Made by a program: the position numbers and the translations under genes
Assembly (NCBI GenBank): GCA_964016885.1
Contig: OZ024766.1
Span: 15,500,001-15,564,000, forward strand
Source: Eledone cirrhosa
Lineage: Eukaryota
Reading direction: 5' to 3'
DNA length: 64,000 bases
The notes under the pieces: generated by a model
What the model was told of the DNA's origin: nothing
The model's database searches: none
Seen by the model: the letters and a program-made list of their open reading frames with translations, nothing else
Shown: positions 14,927 through 28,107 of the stretch, one piece after another
Numbering within the stretch: position 1 is the stretch's first letter
Layout of the letters: each line of letters opens with the position of its first letter

Positions 14927-15126
14927 CTACAGATTAGATAGGAAATATATATATATTAGGTTGATATGTGGTCTAAAATATATATATTGTCTATAAATGA
15001 CTGATAGCAGATGTTCTGGTGAAATAGTAGTTTTACTACTACAGATTGTAATGGAACTCTTAGTAGACACAATTGTAAAGTAAGAATAGATATGACAGTG
15101 TAAGACTGATGTCGGGGAATTAAAAT

Positions 15127-15181
<55 letters not shown>

Positions 15182-17384
15182 GTAACACAAGATATATTTA
15201 GATTAATTAAAGTTATAATGAAGACAGCAGGTACCCGGTGTCGTTGGAAATGATTTAACTCCCTTACCGGTGTCATACGCTAAAATTCCCTGATATAATT
15301 TAATACATTCAGACAGTTCCAATCGTATTTAATCGATGGTAAATCAGAAAGTATCACTCAGTAAAATATCAATTATATATCTACGTAGTCTCTCACTCTG
15401 CTAGAAATAGCAGTGAAATTATCCATTAAGGATTTTTCTTTCTTTAAACTCTTACGTTTAGTTAAACAATCAACACAGCAAGTCTTTTGTACAGACTTCA
15501 GAATAAGCTCGAAAACCGCCAGAATATCATTCTCCTTCTTGCTATATATATATACACACGCACACATATAATATATATACAGTGAAATTCCGTTATAACG
15601 AAATTCAGGTGGTATAAACATAATTCGTTGTAACGACAAATTCTTTATAATTGAAACAAATCGTTTGTTTGTTGTTCAATTGTATTCTAGTTATGGTGTT
15701 TCACATGGAACCATATATATATAACACAGAGAAGTATAAAGTCCAAGTGAAAATATAAGACAAAATCTAATCTAATAAGAAGGTTAAAGAAAAGAAGGAG
15801 AAACAAGTGAAATGAAAGAGAAAGTTGAAAGGAAAAGTTAGAAAAGAATCATTGAAATAATTATTCTACAAAGTGTTCTGTCTCATTTAGAAAGTGTTTT
15901 CTATGTTGGCCACCTAAAATCTTCCCTCACTCAATTGTATCAAGTTCATTAGTTAATCCTAACTATCCTGTAAAAAATTACTGACAACTTTTTGGCTAAA
16001 ACCACCAACAATGACAAATATGTTTGTTTCGAGAGAAAGAGTGAATACCTCTATGTGGTTACTTGACCTGTTGGAAATAGCAGCCAAATTTCTTTCAGGT
16101 CACACACCTTCTTGAATTAGAAAGGGACTGTTTGGTGGGCTGCTTTAAGCCCCAGTTTAAAGACAATAGGGTACTAAACGAGGGTTAGTTCCCTAATGAA
16201 ATATATATCAGGATTGAGTGACTCAAGTTTCATTTTGACATTTTATTCGTAATTACGTGTAACACGTGTTTCGTGAATGTATTATATTTATTTCTCCTCC
16301 TGTCTAGGCAGCCGTCCCTGCCGGACGGGTTTTTCAGGGCTCCACTTAAGTCAACATAAGCAACGCATACAACCACGTGCGACTACCCACCAAAAACAAG
16401 AAATCAATCACTGAAATATTGACTTAAATAGCCGTGCAAACCTAAGCTAACACAGCAAAAAGCCTACTTAGCCTTACCTGGACGAAAGCTAGGAAATTCC
16501 ACAATTTATTATTCATCTGAACGTTATCTCCATAATTATGTGGTTGGTACCAGTACATCTCTCAACAAGATTTCTACTGTTAACCTGGTTTCCACACACT
16601 GAAGCATTAACACTGCAGTAACTCAACCACTCTTACAACACGTGGGTTGTATTTACAAGCAAAAGAAAAGAAAACACGTAAAGATTAATTCAAACACAAA
16701 CAAAAAGAAAGATCTATCGCCTTGCTTCTCCATATTTTTTATTGAAGATTCTCATCCAACATCTGCTAACACAATAAGTTAGTTTCAGAAGCCCCAAGTT
16801 GGAGCTGTGTTTCGGTAATCTTGGTAAAGTTAAACCTACATAAATATATATAATTCAGACTAAGGGTCAGACCTGTAGTAACTGAATGAATTTCTCCAAC
16901 ATTTAGCTGTTCATATTATAGATCATCTTGCCTGTGTTGAAATATGAAATCACCGAAGCATCACTATCGCAGCCTTGATCGTGGTTCAGTGACACTACAT
17001 GCTCAACCCATCGGCCAACAGCTCCTACCCAACGACCAACACAACACCCCACCTACCTTACAGTTAGCAGCTCGACTCCCTCTCTTTTTATTTGTAATAT
17101 TATGACGATGGTATGATCTGAGTTCAAATCCCTCCGAGGTTAACTTTGCCTTTTATCCTTACTGGGTCGATAAAATAAAGTACCAGTAATGCACTGGAAT
17201 GATTTAATCTACTTTCCCCTCCCCCAAAATTGTTGGTCTATTGCCTATATAAGAAACCAATATTATCACGACGGTTCTGTTGACAAATAAACTGTTTATT
17301 TAGATTTTTAAAAATTTATTTTAACATTAATTTAGATCAATTATAATAATTTTCTTTCATAGACATTATAATCAAACATAATGA

Positions 17385-17565
17385 ATTGGCAGTATCGGTA
17401 GAGGGTCGGACGCCATGCTTTCCAGCATAGTTACGTCCCTTTACGATCTGAGTTCAAATCCCGCAGAGGTTTACTTTGCCTTTCATCCTTACGGGGTCGA
17501 TAAAATAAAGTACCAGTAATGTACTGGGTAATTGCTGGCCTTGTGCCAATAGTAGAAACAATAAT
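17385..17565 (+). mobile_element. SINE family B, near full length
   Basis: A box TGGCAGTATCGG, B box GAGTTCAAATC, conserved middle domain. Confidence 0.8.
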
Positions 17566-18027
17566 TTAATCATACATTGTAGTTTTTAATAAGTTAATAA
17601 TTCATTGTTTGTATATAAATAAATAAAATATTTTATGTGCATAACTGTCCATCTATATGTATACATGTATGTATAAAAATATATTTACATACAAATATAC
17701 ATTTTCAGACGTATACACATAAGAGTATATATATATATTCATATAAATATATATATATACACGTGTAGAATATTTAATGGAATACATAAGAGTATATATT
17801 TATAAATATATGTGCGTATATATATATATATATATATAGATAATTTAATATATCAACTAACATAAGCGCACAGATGCACGCCTATGCCAGCAAATACACA
17901 GGTTATGTCATAGTACCTAGGTGGTTCAATGCAGGAGGATGCAGAACAATAATATAAAAGACGTAAAATAAGAAAATCATTTTCAAAAAATTTAAAAAAA
18001 ATTTTTTCCTTACTTACTTAAATTTTC

Positions 18028-18109
18028 ACTCCAACTAATTAGTTTCTGCAATGGGATAAAGACAGTTACGTAATCTAACTGTCGAGAATTCATTGCGTCA
18101 TCAGGGAGT
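18028..18109 (-). ncRNA. Type I hammerhead ribozyme motif (long stem II)
   Basis: Exact reverse complement of 18283-18364. Confidence 0.7.
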
Positions 18110-18282
18110 CTATTCTCAGCTAAGTCTCCAGGCAATGCGCGGACACTGGCGGCTCATATAAAAATAATAATAACTCGGTAGATAGAACAGCTGGCGAGGA
18201 CTGAATTCCATGTACTGAAATTCTCACTGCTTCTAGTCAAATGGCCGATTCTAAAGAATCAATCACGTGACACAGAGGCTAG

Positions 18283-18364
18283 ACTCCCTGATGACGCAAT
18301 GAATTCTCGACAGTTAGATTACGTAACTGTCTTTATCCCATTGCAGAAACTAATTAGTTGGAGT
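18283..18364 (+). ncRNA. Type I hammerhead ribozyme motif (long stem II)
   Basis: ACTCC-CTGATGA-c[GCAATG..GACAGTTA/TAACTGTC..CATTGC]a-GAAA-CTAATTAG-TT-GGAGT; stem I 5 bp, palindromic stem III, C.A mismatch closing stem II. Confidence 0.7.
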
Positions 18365-18430
18365 GAAAATTTAAGTAAGTAAGTAAAAAATTTTTTTAAA
18401 ATTTTTTTAAATAGATTTTCTTATTTTACG

Positions 18431-18471
<41 letters not shown>

Positions 18472-18525
18472 TATATTTATATATCAATCATCTTTTAACA
18501 TATATATGTGTATATAAAATATATA

Positions 18526-18601
18526 CAGGGTCTCTCCAAAAATGTATACACACGTCAACTACAGTCTATGTAAGTGTGTATACATTTTGGGGGGGACACT
18601 G
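18526..18601. mobile_element. Very short mariner-like MITE
   Basis: TA-CAGGGTCTCTCCAAAAATGTATACAC...GTGTATACATTTTGGGGGGGACACTG-TA. Confidence 0.65.
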
Positions 18602-19426
18602 TAATATACATATCATGTAAGGTGACTCCTACATGTGTATAAATAAATATACATGTATTTTATTAACAATTTTGTGTAGATTCTGTTCTGTGTCCCAGGT
18701 TCATGTAGCTGTTGGGCATAAGTTCTATATCACCAAAAACTGCCTTTAAACACATGTCAGATGGATTACAATATTCATTATTACAAATACTTTGACTGTT
18801 CCCTGACAACTAGTACCAGTTTCAACATAGAATTATTTTAACAAAGTACATTTGATTTGATTTTATTTTCGCCAACAAACCACGTGTGGACATGGACGGG
18901 GGAAATAAACAACAAATCACTACATCCCTGAGGGATCGCAGTAAGTACTTCACAAAATCTATAAACAACAATATACACACAGATTTATATACAGATATAT
19001 ACCACATGCATATACACACAGATATATACCACATGCATATACACACAAGTGAAAAGAAACCACACTATTTCGTGTGAGACACTATACCGGCCAATCTTAC
19101 GTTCATTGGTAAAATATCTCTGGACATTGACTTCGCTTCTAACCCACATACACCTTTTAATTATATATATATATATATAATTATATATTCGTGTGCAGAT
19201 CTTGTTGCATACACACACACATAATACATAGGAACACAGAAACAGAAATACAAAAACAAAACATAAACAAACATTTATCTCATTAACTTACGCAGCATAT
19301 TTATTTGTTTCATGCACAGACTCTTCTGTTAACACATCATTTAGGAAAACGGAAACAAAATACACAAAAAAACAAACAGAAAACAGACATTTTATTTCTA
19401 TCGTAATCAAGTGCGCTAAACCTATA

Positions 19427-19996
19427 TTGTTTACATTCTGTGTTTTTCTACGGATGGATAGAAATAACAAAATTGCCATGGTGATATCGATGGATGAAGC
19501 ATGCGACAAAACTGGTCGATGTTCCAAAATAGAACATTGCCCAGAAAACCACATTTGCCATATTTGTACGGAACCCGAAAACTCGTTCCGTAATCGCTGG
19601 GTCGAATGTGGAACCTGGCACATCTATGTCTGCCTTCAATGCGCCACAGGCTTCCGGAGGATCCCAGGCCCCCAAAAGAGACATCATAATGCTATGATGG
19701 ATTGAATCTGGGAGATGGTCCAGCTAAAATCTTGGTCCGTTAGTGCCTGGCCTGTGCGCCTGCCTCCACTAATGTTATTGAAAAACAACAACAACAACAA
19801 CAAAAACCAATGACTGTATCTCCCTCCACCATTGTTATTGAACAACGGCAAAAACCTATGACACTGGCTTCTGCTGCTATTCCCGTGGGAGAACATCAGA
19901 AACAACAACAACCCATGTCTTCCGCTCCCAGTACATCTCGACACCAACAACTGGTGACTGTGTCTTCCCCTACCATTCCCGTGGAGGAGGAGGAGG

Positions 19997-20045
<49 letters not shown>

Positions 20046-20714
20046 GCAGCAGCAGCAGCGGCAGCGGCAGCAGCAGCAGCAGCAACCGACCAGTACAGAT
20101 TTTGCAGAATTGCAACTATTGATTTCTGCTTTAAAAAGGGAAGTAACAGGAATAAAGGCAAGCATTCGGGTAGGACCCCACAATGAGGGGTCTTATCGGA
20201 ATGCCTTGCTAAAGAATCTCCCTGTACCTCTTGCCATATCTGGGTACACTGAGAAGACTGCAGAATCTGCTACCCATGAAGTAATTACCATTGGGGTACC
20301 AGAGGACAAGGCTGATCTTCAGGCATTTGCTGCCAGCTCAGCCAAAGACCTAGGCTGTGTTCCCCCAAAGAGTGCTCTCCGCCTTGGTCAACCTGGTCCA
20401 AAACCCAGACTCATCAGGCTGTCTTTTTCGGACCCCGCTGAGGCAATCTCATACCATCTAGCCTCTGTTAAAGCTGGGCGTGAAAATCTGATTACCTTCT
20501 GAACACGCCCAGGCCTACCACCCCAAAGCTACGTGCTGCAGCTTCCTTGAATCGGAACTCAGCACAGCATGAAAGTTTTAGTCTGCGTGATGATGGACAG
20601 ATCTGGAGGTTTGTTAAGGCTGGTGAAACGTGGAAGAGAGATACCAGCTGGTCTGAGTGTGCTCTACCCACAATAACTGGCAATGAAAAAACTGCAACAA
20701 CTCTGGGAAACTAA
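19427..20714 (+). pseudogene. LINE ORF1 (PHD-like finger, polyQ, RRM-like C-terminus), disrupted
   Basis: ORFs 19427-19705 and 19810-20502; (CAA)n(CAG)n at about 19999-20085. Confidence 0.7.
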
Positions 20715-20752
20715 ACTAGAACAACCTGCCACCCTCTACACACCATCATAAA

Positions 20753-23512
20753 TTGCAAGCAGGGTACAAATTGTTGTCCTTAAATGCTCGCAGTTTATGC
20801 AACAAGATACATCTGTTTGACTCCTACGTCAGAAGCATCGACCCTGATTTCATCACAGTCACGAAAACATGGGCACATTCCTTACTCTGTGATGGGGTTT
20901 TCAGCATTACCGGGTACAACTTTTTCCGCAAGGACCGCATTAATCGCCGTGGTGGTGGTGTGATGGTCTACGTTCGTTCAAACATTTCGGTAATTCCTTG
21001 CGTTGATTTGAACGAATCACAAGAAGAAGTTTTTTTTATGACATACGTATGACCATGTCAATACTTCTGCTAGGTCTTGTTTATCGCCCCCCAAACTACC
21101 ATCAGGACACACAGCTTTGCGATATCCTCAGAGTTGCTGCCAAGAAAACAGCCACTTATGTGTTTATTGCAGGTGACTTCAATCATCCTGAGATCGATTG
21201 GGAAACCTTTCGTTCGCCACAAGGTGCAAACGATTTCCTTGAACTAGTGCTGGACTCAAACTGGTCACAAGAGGTGACAACACTTTGGACCTGATCTTCA
21301 CCACTACTCCTGAAGTAGTTATCAGTTGTACTACTGAGGAACCTCTAGGCGACTCTGATCATGCTATGATCATTGCCAATCTGGCTCTTGCGGGCAGCAA
21401 CAAAAACCAGAGCCATCTCCAATCTACTTGCTTTGATTGGAAGAGAGCAGATTGGAACTTGTACTGCACTGAGCTACAGCGCCCAAACTGGCATGAGATG
21501 TATAACTCTGGAGATATGAACACTATACTCCAGAGCATCCTGGACTCAATATGGATAGCGTGTGCAGCATCGATGCCACGTAAGCAGAAAAAAAACCACC
21601 CCAAAAGTGCAATTTGGGAAACTTCAGCGGTCCGACTTGCCAGGAAAGAACGTTGGAACGCTGAACGGGAATATAAACTGCATAAATCAGATGCCAACAG
21701 AAAAAAGCGGAATAAATCTTCTAACCATCTCAAGCAAGTGACAAAGAAGGCAGTGCTTGAATTTGAACAGTGCATAGCAACCAATCCTGCCAGTAAGGTG
21801 TTCTGTAAATATGTTCATTCAAAGCAGAGACCTCACTCTCCAGTTGGTCCTCTTCACAATCCCCACACAAGCCAGATCACTGACGATCCCAAAGAATGCG
21901 CAGAACTCATTGCTGAGTGCTATGCAAGTATTTTTACTGTTGAAAACCAGAATGTACCATCTCCACCATCTCTAACATCAAATTCCATAACAACTATGGA
22001 ATTTACACCTGCAATGTTGCGACGTCACCTTAAGAATAAGCGCAACTATGCCTCCCTTGGTCTTGATGGTGTTACATATCCTGCTTCTCAAATGTGGCGG
22101 GTATTTCCTTTTGCACCAGCTTTCTTTCTTCTTTCAATACTGTCTCAACAATGGTGCTACTCCGGAGCAGTGGAAAACTGCCAGTGTCATTCCCCTGTTC
22201 AAAAAGGGCAACCGCATGTCACCTGTCAACTATCGTCCAGTCAGTCTTACTAGCTGTATGGCCAAACTGATGGAATCCTGTGTCAGAGAAACACTTTGGA
22301 ACTTCTGGAGCTCTCACAGCCTCATCCGGCCCTCACAGTTTGGATTTATCCCTAACTCCAGCTGCTGTGATCAGCTTATCGAGTTCCTTGAAGACATGAC
22401 TCGGATCACTGACGGCGGCTCATGGGTGGATGTTGTTTACCTTGACTTTGCTAAGGCTTTTAATTCTGTGCCACACAAAAGACTTATGGCAAAACTCTCT
22501 GCAATGGGTGTGAAGGATGATCTTTTCAACTGGTTGAAATCCTTCATTCTCACCCGAAAAGAGGTAGTCATGGTCCTAGGACAGCATTCTTCACCATATG
22601 AGATGTCATCTGGTGTACCACAGGGATCTGTTCTTGGTCCCCTTTTGTTTGTGGCATATATTAATGACATAGATGCCAACTTACAGAATGCCACGGTACT
22701 GAAATATGCAGATGACATCAAGCTGTACCTTGAAATCAAAGGACTGATCCTGAAATCTACAACTTTTTCCTACAATCAGACCTGGACACAATGTAGCAAT
22801 GGATCACAGACTGGCAACTGAAGCTGGCTCTGGACAACTGCACCACCATGCATTTTGGGAGGAAAAATCCAGCGTCCACATACTCCCTCCACAACACTGA
22901 TATCAAGAAGTCCTCTTGTGAATGTGACCTGGGCATTACCATCAGCAGCGATTTGCGTTGGACAAAGTACATCTCTAAAATTGTCAAGAAGGCCGAGGGT
23001 GTCTTGGCATCACTCAGCAAGACCTTTGTTAGCCGCTCTCCAGCCATCTATTTAAAGCTGTATACAGCTACGGTACGACCACACTTGGAATTCGCATCAG
23101 CAGTCTGGAACCCCTATCTAGCTCAGAACATTGACCGCGTGGAAACTGTTCAGAGACGTGCAACCAAGCGCATACCCTCCATCAGACACCTACCATACTC
23201 TGACGCCTTGCTTCCCTGGGTATGGATTCATTGAAGCTCCGACATCTGGCAATGGACTTGGTAAACACCCACAAAGTTATTAACCATCTCGCCAACAACA
23301 ACCCTGAGCACCTTTTTGATCTCCATGTGTCTAACACACTTGGAAATGCCTACAAAATCAGAAAACAGCACAGCTCCCATGACTTTCGGAAATATTTTTT
23401 CACGCTCAGAGTTGCTGAAGCATGGAACAAATTGCCTGCGTCAGTTGTTAGCTGCCGAGACACTACATCCTTTAAAACCTCCATGGAACAAACTGCCTGC
23501 GTCACTTGTTAG
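20753..23512 (+). pseudogene. LINE ORF2 endonuclease/reverse transcriptase, several frameshifts
   Basis: Consecutive ORFs 20753, 21049, 21285, 22048, 22848 and 23222 carry the EN and RT motifs. Confidence 0.9.
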
Positions 23513-23742
23513 CTGTTGAGACACTGCATCCTTTAAAACCCTCATGCTTCCCAAAATTCGCCAAAACTACACCTGATATACCCCTTCCATACACATGCAG
23601 ACATGTGAATATGATGACTCATGCACTGTTCATTTCCCTGACGTTTGTACATTACCCTATGTACTATACATACACTTTTTGATGAGTTGTAGTGCACCTG
23701 AGCAATGTACACAATATTTCATTATTATTATTATTTAAACAC

Positions 23743-24012
23743 TTTACTGTGAAAATACAATAGTATATATAGAGTAATGTAAATGTTATGTGAGATATTA
23801 TGTGAGGTAAAGTCTTTACTGTGAAAATACAATAGTATATATAGAGTAATGTAAATGTTATGTGAGATATTATGTGAGGTAAAGCCTTTACTGTGACAAT
23901 ACAATAGTATATATAGAGTAATGTAAATGTTATGTGAGATATTATGTGAGGTAAAGTCTTTACTGTGAAAATACAATAGTATATATAGAGTAATGTAAAT
24001 GTTATGTGAGCT
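23743..24012. repeat. Tandem repeat, about 72 bp, 3.7 copies
   Basis: Unit TTTACTGTGAAAATACAATAGTATATATAGAGTAATGTAAATGTTATGTGAGATATTATGTGAGGTAAAGTC. Confidence 0.9.
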
Positions 24013-24199
24013 AAAGCTTCTTCTTCTCTCTCTCAAGCACTTTCTCTTCCTCTCTCTCTAGAAAGCCAGATCCTTTCTCAACCATGGAACCATGTATTAC
24101 TTGATGTCCTGTTTAGGGATCACAAAATGTCAGATTTCTCTGACCCTATACTTTTGCTCATCAGCAAGGTAAAGTCTCCCTTTATTTATATCCTTGCTT

Positions 24200-24612
24200 T
24201 GTGTGGTTGGTGTTAGGAAGGGCCTCCAATTATAAAATACCTAACAGTCCTCACCAGAGCAAAGCGCAATGGGGCCAACTATGGCCAGACTTGACCCAGA
24301 CTCTGCCTCCTTCACTATGTTTATCACCAGAACTATCATCATCATCATCATTTTACGTCCGCTTTTCCCTGCTTGCACCCAGCCCACACTATAAAGTGTA
24401 CGTGTAGGCACCACGGAAAAAAGCACCCAGCACTCACTGTAAATGAGGTTGGTGTTAGGAAGGGCATCCAGCTGTAGAAATCAAGCCCAAATCAGTTCCT
24501 GTATGAGCAAGGCATGGTCAGCCGACCAGGTATTGCCCACAACAGGACAACCTGTATAACCCATGCTAGCATGAAAGAACGGACGTAAAACGGTGATGAT
24601 GATGATGATGAT
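24200..24612. mobile_element. Cluster of SINE/RTE 3' tail fragments in both orientations
   Basis: GGTGTTAGGAAGGGCATCC motifs and (GAT)n/(ATC)n tails. Confidence 0.65.
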
Positions 24613-24639
24613 ATACATAAAAGATAAAAAAAAGATGGT

Positions 24640-24930
24640 ATGTTCACACACTCTATGAAGAACCGTAAACAACGCTGGCCAATAAAATCTGGCAGCTTAA
24701 GGACACGAACCAGGAATATGGGATTAGCTGGTCGAAATTTAATTACTGCCCACCTCCACATCTTGTGTATATAACATAGCCATTTGTTTCTCTATATATG
24801 CCTGTGTCTACCGTTCCTTCATAAACCAGTTCCTAAATCATGATCACAACACCGTTATCCTGAAATACCACATCCACCAGATGCTGAAGAATGCACACGT
24901 CATGTTAAAAGCTGGTCAAACCTAATCAGA
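24640..24930 (+). mobile_element. Penelope-like GIY-YIG C-terminal remnant
   Basis: 24669-24734 encodes TTLANKIWQLKDTNQEYGISWS, resembling the LSKYIWxLK..Y.I.W motif of PLE endonucleases. Confidence 0.5.
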
Positions 24931-25299
24931 TTAAGTCCTCATAAAGAGTCTGTTGCACAAGGTAAATAGTATGTGTGTGTATATATATATATATGTGTGT
25001 GTGTATTTGTGTGTGTGTCTGTGTGTATATGTGTGTGTATATATATATGTGTGTGTGTCTGTGTGTATGTATATATATATATAGTTAGAGAGGTGTGTAT
25101 ATAATAAATAATGTATATAATCTACACCTAATCGTGATTAAAACTTCTACTTTGCAGCTTACAACTGTAGCTGGCAGCTGTGATGTTGACAAGAATGTAG
25201 TACTCAATACAGGGTGCATGATAGAGAGAAGCATTGAGGAAGGGGAAAATACATAATGAAAAACACACCAATATATATATAGTATATATACATACTATA

Positions 25300-25531
25300 T
25301 ATATATATAAAAGGTAAACAGAAATAACAACACAATCGGTACAGTATATGGAAGGTATATATTAGGTAAACGATTGATATAACAGGAAGAGGGTCTTAAC
25401 GTTTCAGACGCTAGTCCTTCATCAGAAGAAAGAATGAGAAATAAAATAGATTGAGGGGATGGGCGGGATGGAATTGGAAAAATGTCTTTAGATAAAAATA
25501 ACAGGTCCATTCATGTTGACATCACTTGCAA

Positions 25532-25535
<4 letters not shown>
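25300..25535 (-). mobile_element. Penelope-like terminal repeat fragment
   Basis: Reverse-complement copy of 35050-35285. Confidence 0.7.
25394..25429 (-). ncRNA. Minimal type I hammerhead motif
   Basis: TCTT-CTGATGA-a-GGAC-TAGC-GTCT-GAAA-CG-TT-AAGA; loopless palindromic stem III (ACGT). Confidence 0.7.
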
Positions 25536-25573
<38 letters not shown>

Positions 25574-26008
25574 GAGATGATATTAATAAATGGAATCTAT
25601 ATTTATAAAAACATATTTATTCTATTATACATATTTCAAGGGTACCAAACCTTTTGTACGCTCTATCAGATAAAATAGAAAGTTTGTTTTATAAATAGTG
25701 ACATATCCAGGAATGATACCTTAACGGTTCAAGTTTCTCCTGGATAGTGAAAGGAAAGAGAGAAAAAGGGAAGAAAGGAAAAACAAATATTTCAAATTAT
25801 TTTGATGAATATGCAGATGATATTTTACCACAAATATTACAGTGATATGGCTTTTCTCCAGTATATATATATGTTTCTATGTAGTTAATGTAGCAATGAA
25901 GGAGAATAATTTCACCCCAACATCACAGTGGTATGTCTTCTCACTCATATAAATGTATTTGTGTTTAATTAATTCACCATTTTGAAATAATGAGATATGA
26001 CTTTGTTA

Positions 26009-26347
<339 letters not shown>

Positions 26348-27334
26348 CTAGTCTCCTGTATGGTTACGTTTGTGACTAGTTAAGTTACTACTTACAGAGA
26401 ATGATTTACCACAGATATCACAGTGATATGGCTTGTCTCCTGTATGGGTACGTTTGTGGCTAGTTAAGTTACTACTTACAGAGAATGATTTACCACAGAT
26501 AACACAGTGGTATGGCTTGTCTCCTGTATGGGTACGTTTGTGGCTAGTTAAGGTACTGCTTACAGAGAATGATTTACCACAGATATCACAGGGATATGGC
26601 TTGTCTCCTGTATGTACACGTTTGTGACCAGTTAAGTGACTACTTCGAGAGAATGATTTACCACAGATATCACAGTGATATGGCTTGTCTCCTGTATGTA
26701 TAAGGTTATGTGTAGTTAAGTTACTACTTGCAGAGAATGATTTACCACAGATATCACAGTGGTATGGCTTGTCTCCTGTATGGGTACGTTTGTGTCTAGT
26801 TAAGGTACTATTATCAGAGAATGATTTACCACAGATATCACAGTGATATGGCTTGTCTCCTGTATGTATAAGGTTATGTGTAGTTAAGTTACTACTTGCA
26901 GAGAATGATTTACCACAGATATCACAGTGGTATGGCTTGTCTCCTGTATGTGTACGTATGTGTCTAGTTAAGTTACTACTTAGAGAGAATGATTTACCAC
27001 AGATATCACAGTGATATGGCTTCTCTCCTGTATGTATATGTTTGTGGCTAGTTAAGTGATTACTTTCAGAGAATGATATACCACAGATATCACAGTGGTA
27101 TGGCTTGTCTCCTGTATGTGTATGTTTGTGACTAGTTAAGGTGTTACTATCAGAGAATGATTTACCACAGATATCACAGTGATATGGCTTGTCTCCTGTA
27201 TGTATATGTTTGTGGCTGGTTAAGGTAGTACTTACTGAGAATGATTTACCACAGATATCACAGTGATATGGTTTCTCTTCTCTAACCTTCGTCATCTCAC
27301 CAGGAATACTAAACACTTTAGATTGTGTTCCCAT
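26348..27334 (-). CDS. C2H2 zinc-finger protein, 11 tandem fingers, no effector domain seen
   Basis: 328-aa ORF of 28-aa repeats; exon acceptor tttcag at 27707; four more in-frame fingers follow the TAG, to TAA at 26006-26008. Confidence 0.85.
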   Translation of the reverse strand: MGTQSKVFSIPGEMTKVREEKPYHCDICGKSFSVSTTLTSHKHIHTGDKPYHCDICGKSFSDSNTLTSHKHTHTGDKPYHCDICGISFSESNHLTSHKHIHTGEKPYHCDICGKSFSLSSNLTRHIRTHTGDKPYHCDICGKSFSASSNLTTHNLIHTGDKPYHCDICGKSFSDNSTLTRHKRTHTGDKPYHCDICGKSFSASSNLTTHNLIHTGDKPYHCDICGKSFSRSSHLTGHKRVHTGDKPYPCDICGKSFSVSSTLTSHKRTHTGDKPYHCVICGKSFSVSSNLTSHKRTHTGDKPYHCDICGKSFSVSSNLTSHKRNHTGD

Positions 27335-28048
27335 TTAATCTTCTCAGTCAATTTATTTGGCATAAATATATTTTCTTCAACAGAATATACAAATGTTTTA
27401 CTTGTAATATTTCATATTCCTAAAAATATTTCTTCTTCTATATTTCCCTCAACTGTGATTTCAGTTAATATCTGAAGATAATATAAACTTATGTTTTATC
27501 CAAGTTTAGTTAAAATACAAAACCATCTCATAGTGATGAAAATAAACTCAGTTCGGAGGAAATATTTCACAGTAATTGAACTATAGATTTATATAAACAG
27601 TGTTATATAAGTTCTGTTTAAAATGTTTTAGTCTTCAAATGATGATAAATATAGGTGATGTATCCAAGATTGAAAATAATAATTTATCCCAATGTCATCT
27701 GGTATTCTGAAATGAAAAAGAAACAGTATGAGATAATAGAGAATACTTAAGAAACAGAGATAGATTTAACAGTGGAAATTTTATATTTCTATATTGGTAA
27801 ACTATAGATATCAACTTTCCTATCCGGAGCAATTCTCTCCAATGTAAGCTGGTATTCAAGCAAGCTCTGTAAATTATATCCTTCTATCTCTAGAGAGGTC
27901 TGCTCTATGGCAGTTTAGCAAAAAATTCATTCTGATGGGACTTTCTAACGTAGCTATCATCTCCTCTCCTGGTGACATGTCAACACCGGTTTAACATATA
28001 CATATATAAATATATATTATCACACACATATACACATATATATATACA

Positions 28049-28088
<40 letters not shown>

Positions 28089-28107
28089 TATATGTATTTA
28101 TATATAT

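Larger units (their letters stand above)
17952..18440. mobile_element. Fold-back cassette with 161-bp arms, each carrying a hammerhead motif
   Basis: 17952-18112 is the reverse complement of 18280-18440 with few mismatches. Confidence 0.85.
19230..23735 (+). mobile_element. Near full-length CR1/L2-group LINE, frameshifted
   Basis: ORF1 with Cys/His finger, polyQ and RLGQPGPKPRLIRLSF; ORF2 APE (SLNARSL, GDFNHP, SDH) and RT (YLDFAKAF, GVPQGSVLGPLLF, YADD); (ATT)n tail; 5' end approximate. Confidence 0.9.

Noticed and set aside
18886-19077. HIHTSEKKPHY zinc-finger-like ORF
   Set aside because: No Cys pair; arises from a short duplication of low-complexity sequence
24095-24170. Minus-strand CTGATGA with a long stem
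   Set aside because: GAAA position reads GATC and the cleavage triplet is unclear; too degenerate to call
24878-24920. CTGAAGA downstream of a PLE remnant
   Set aside because: Stem II and GAAA are not recoverable
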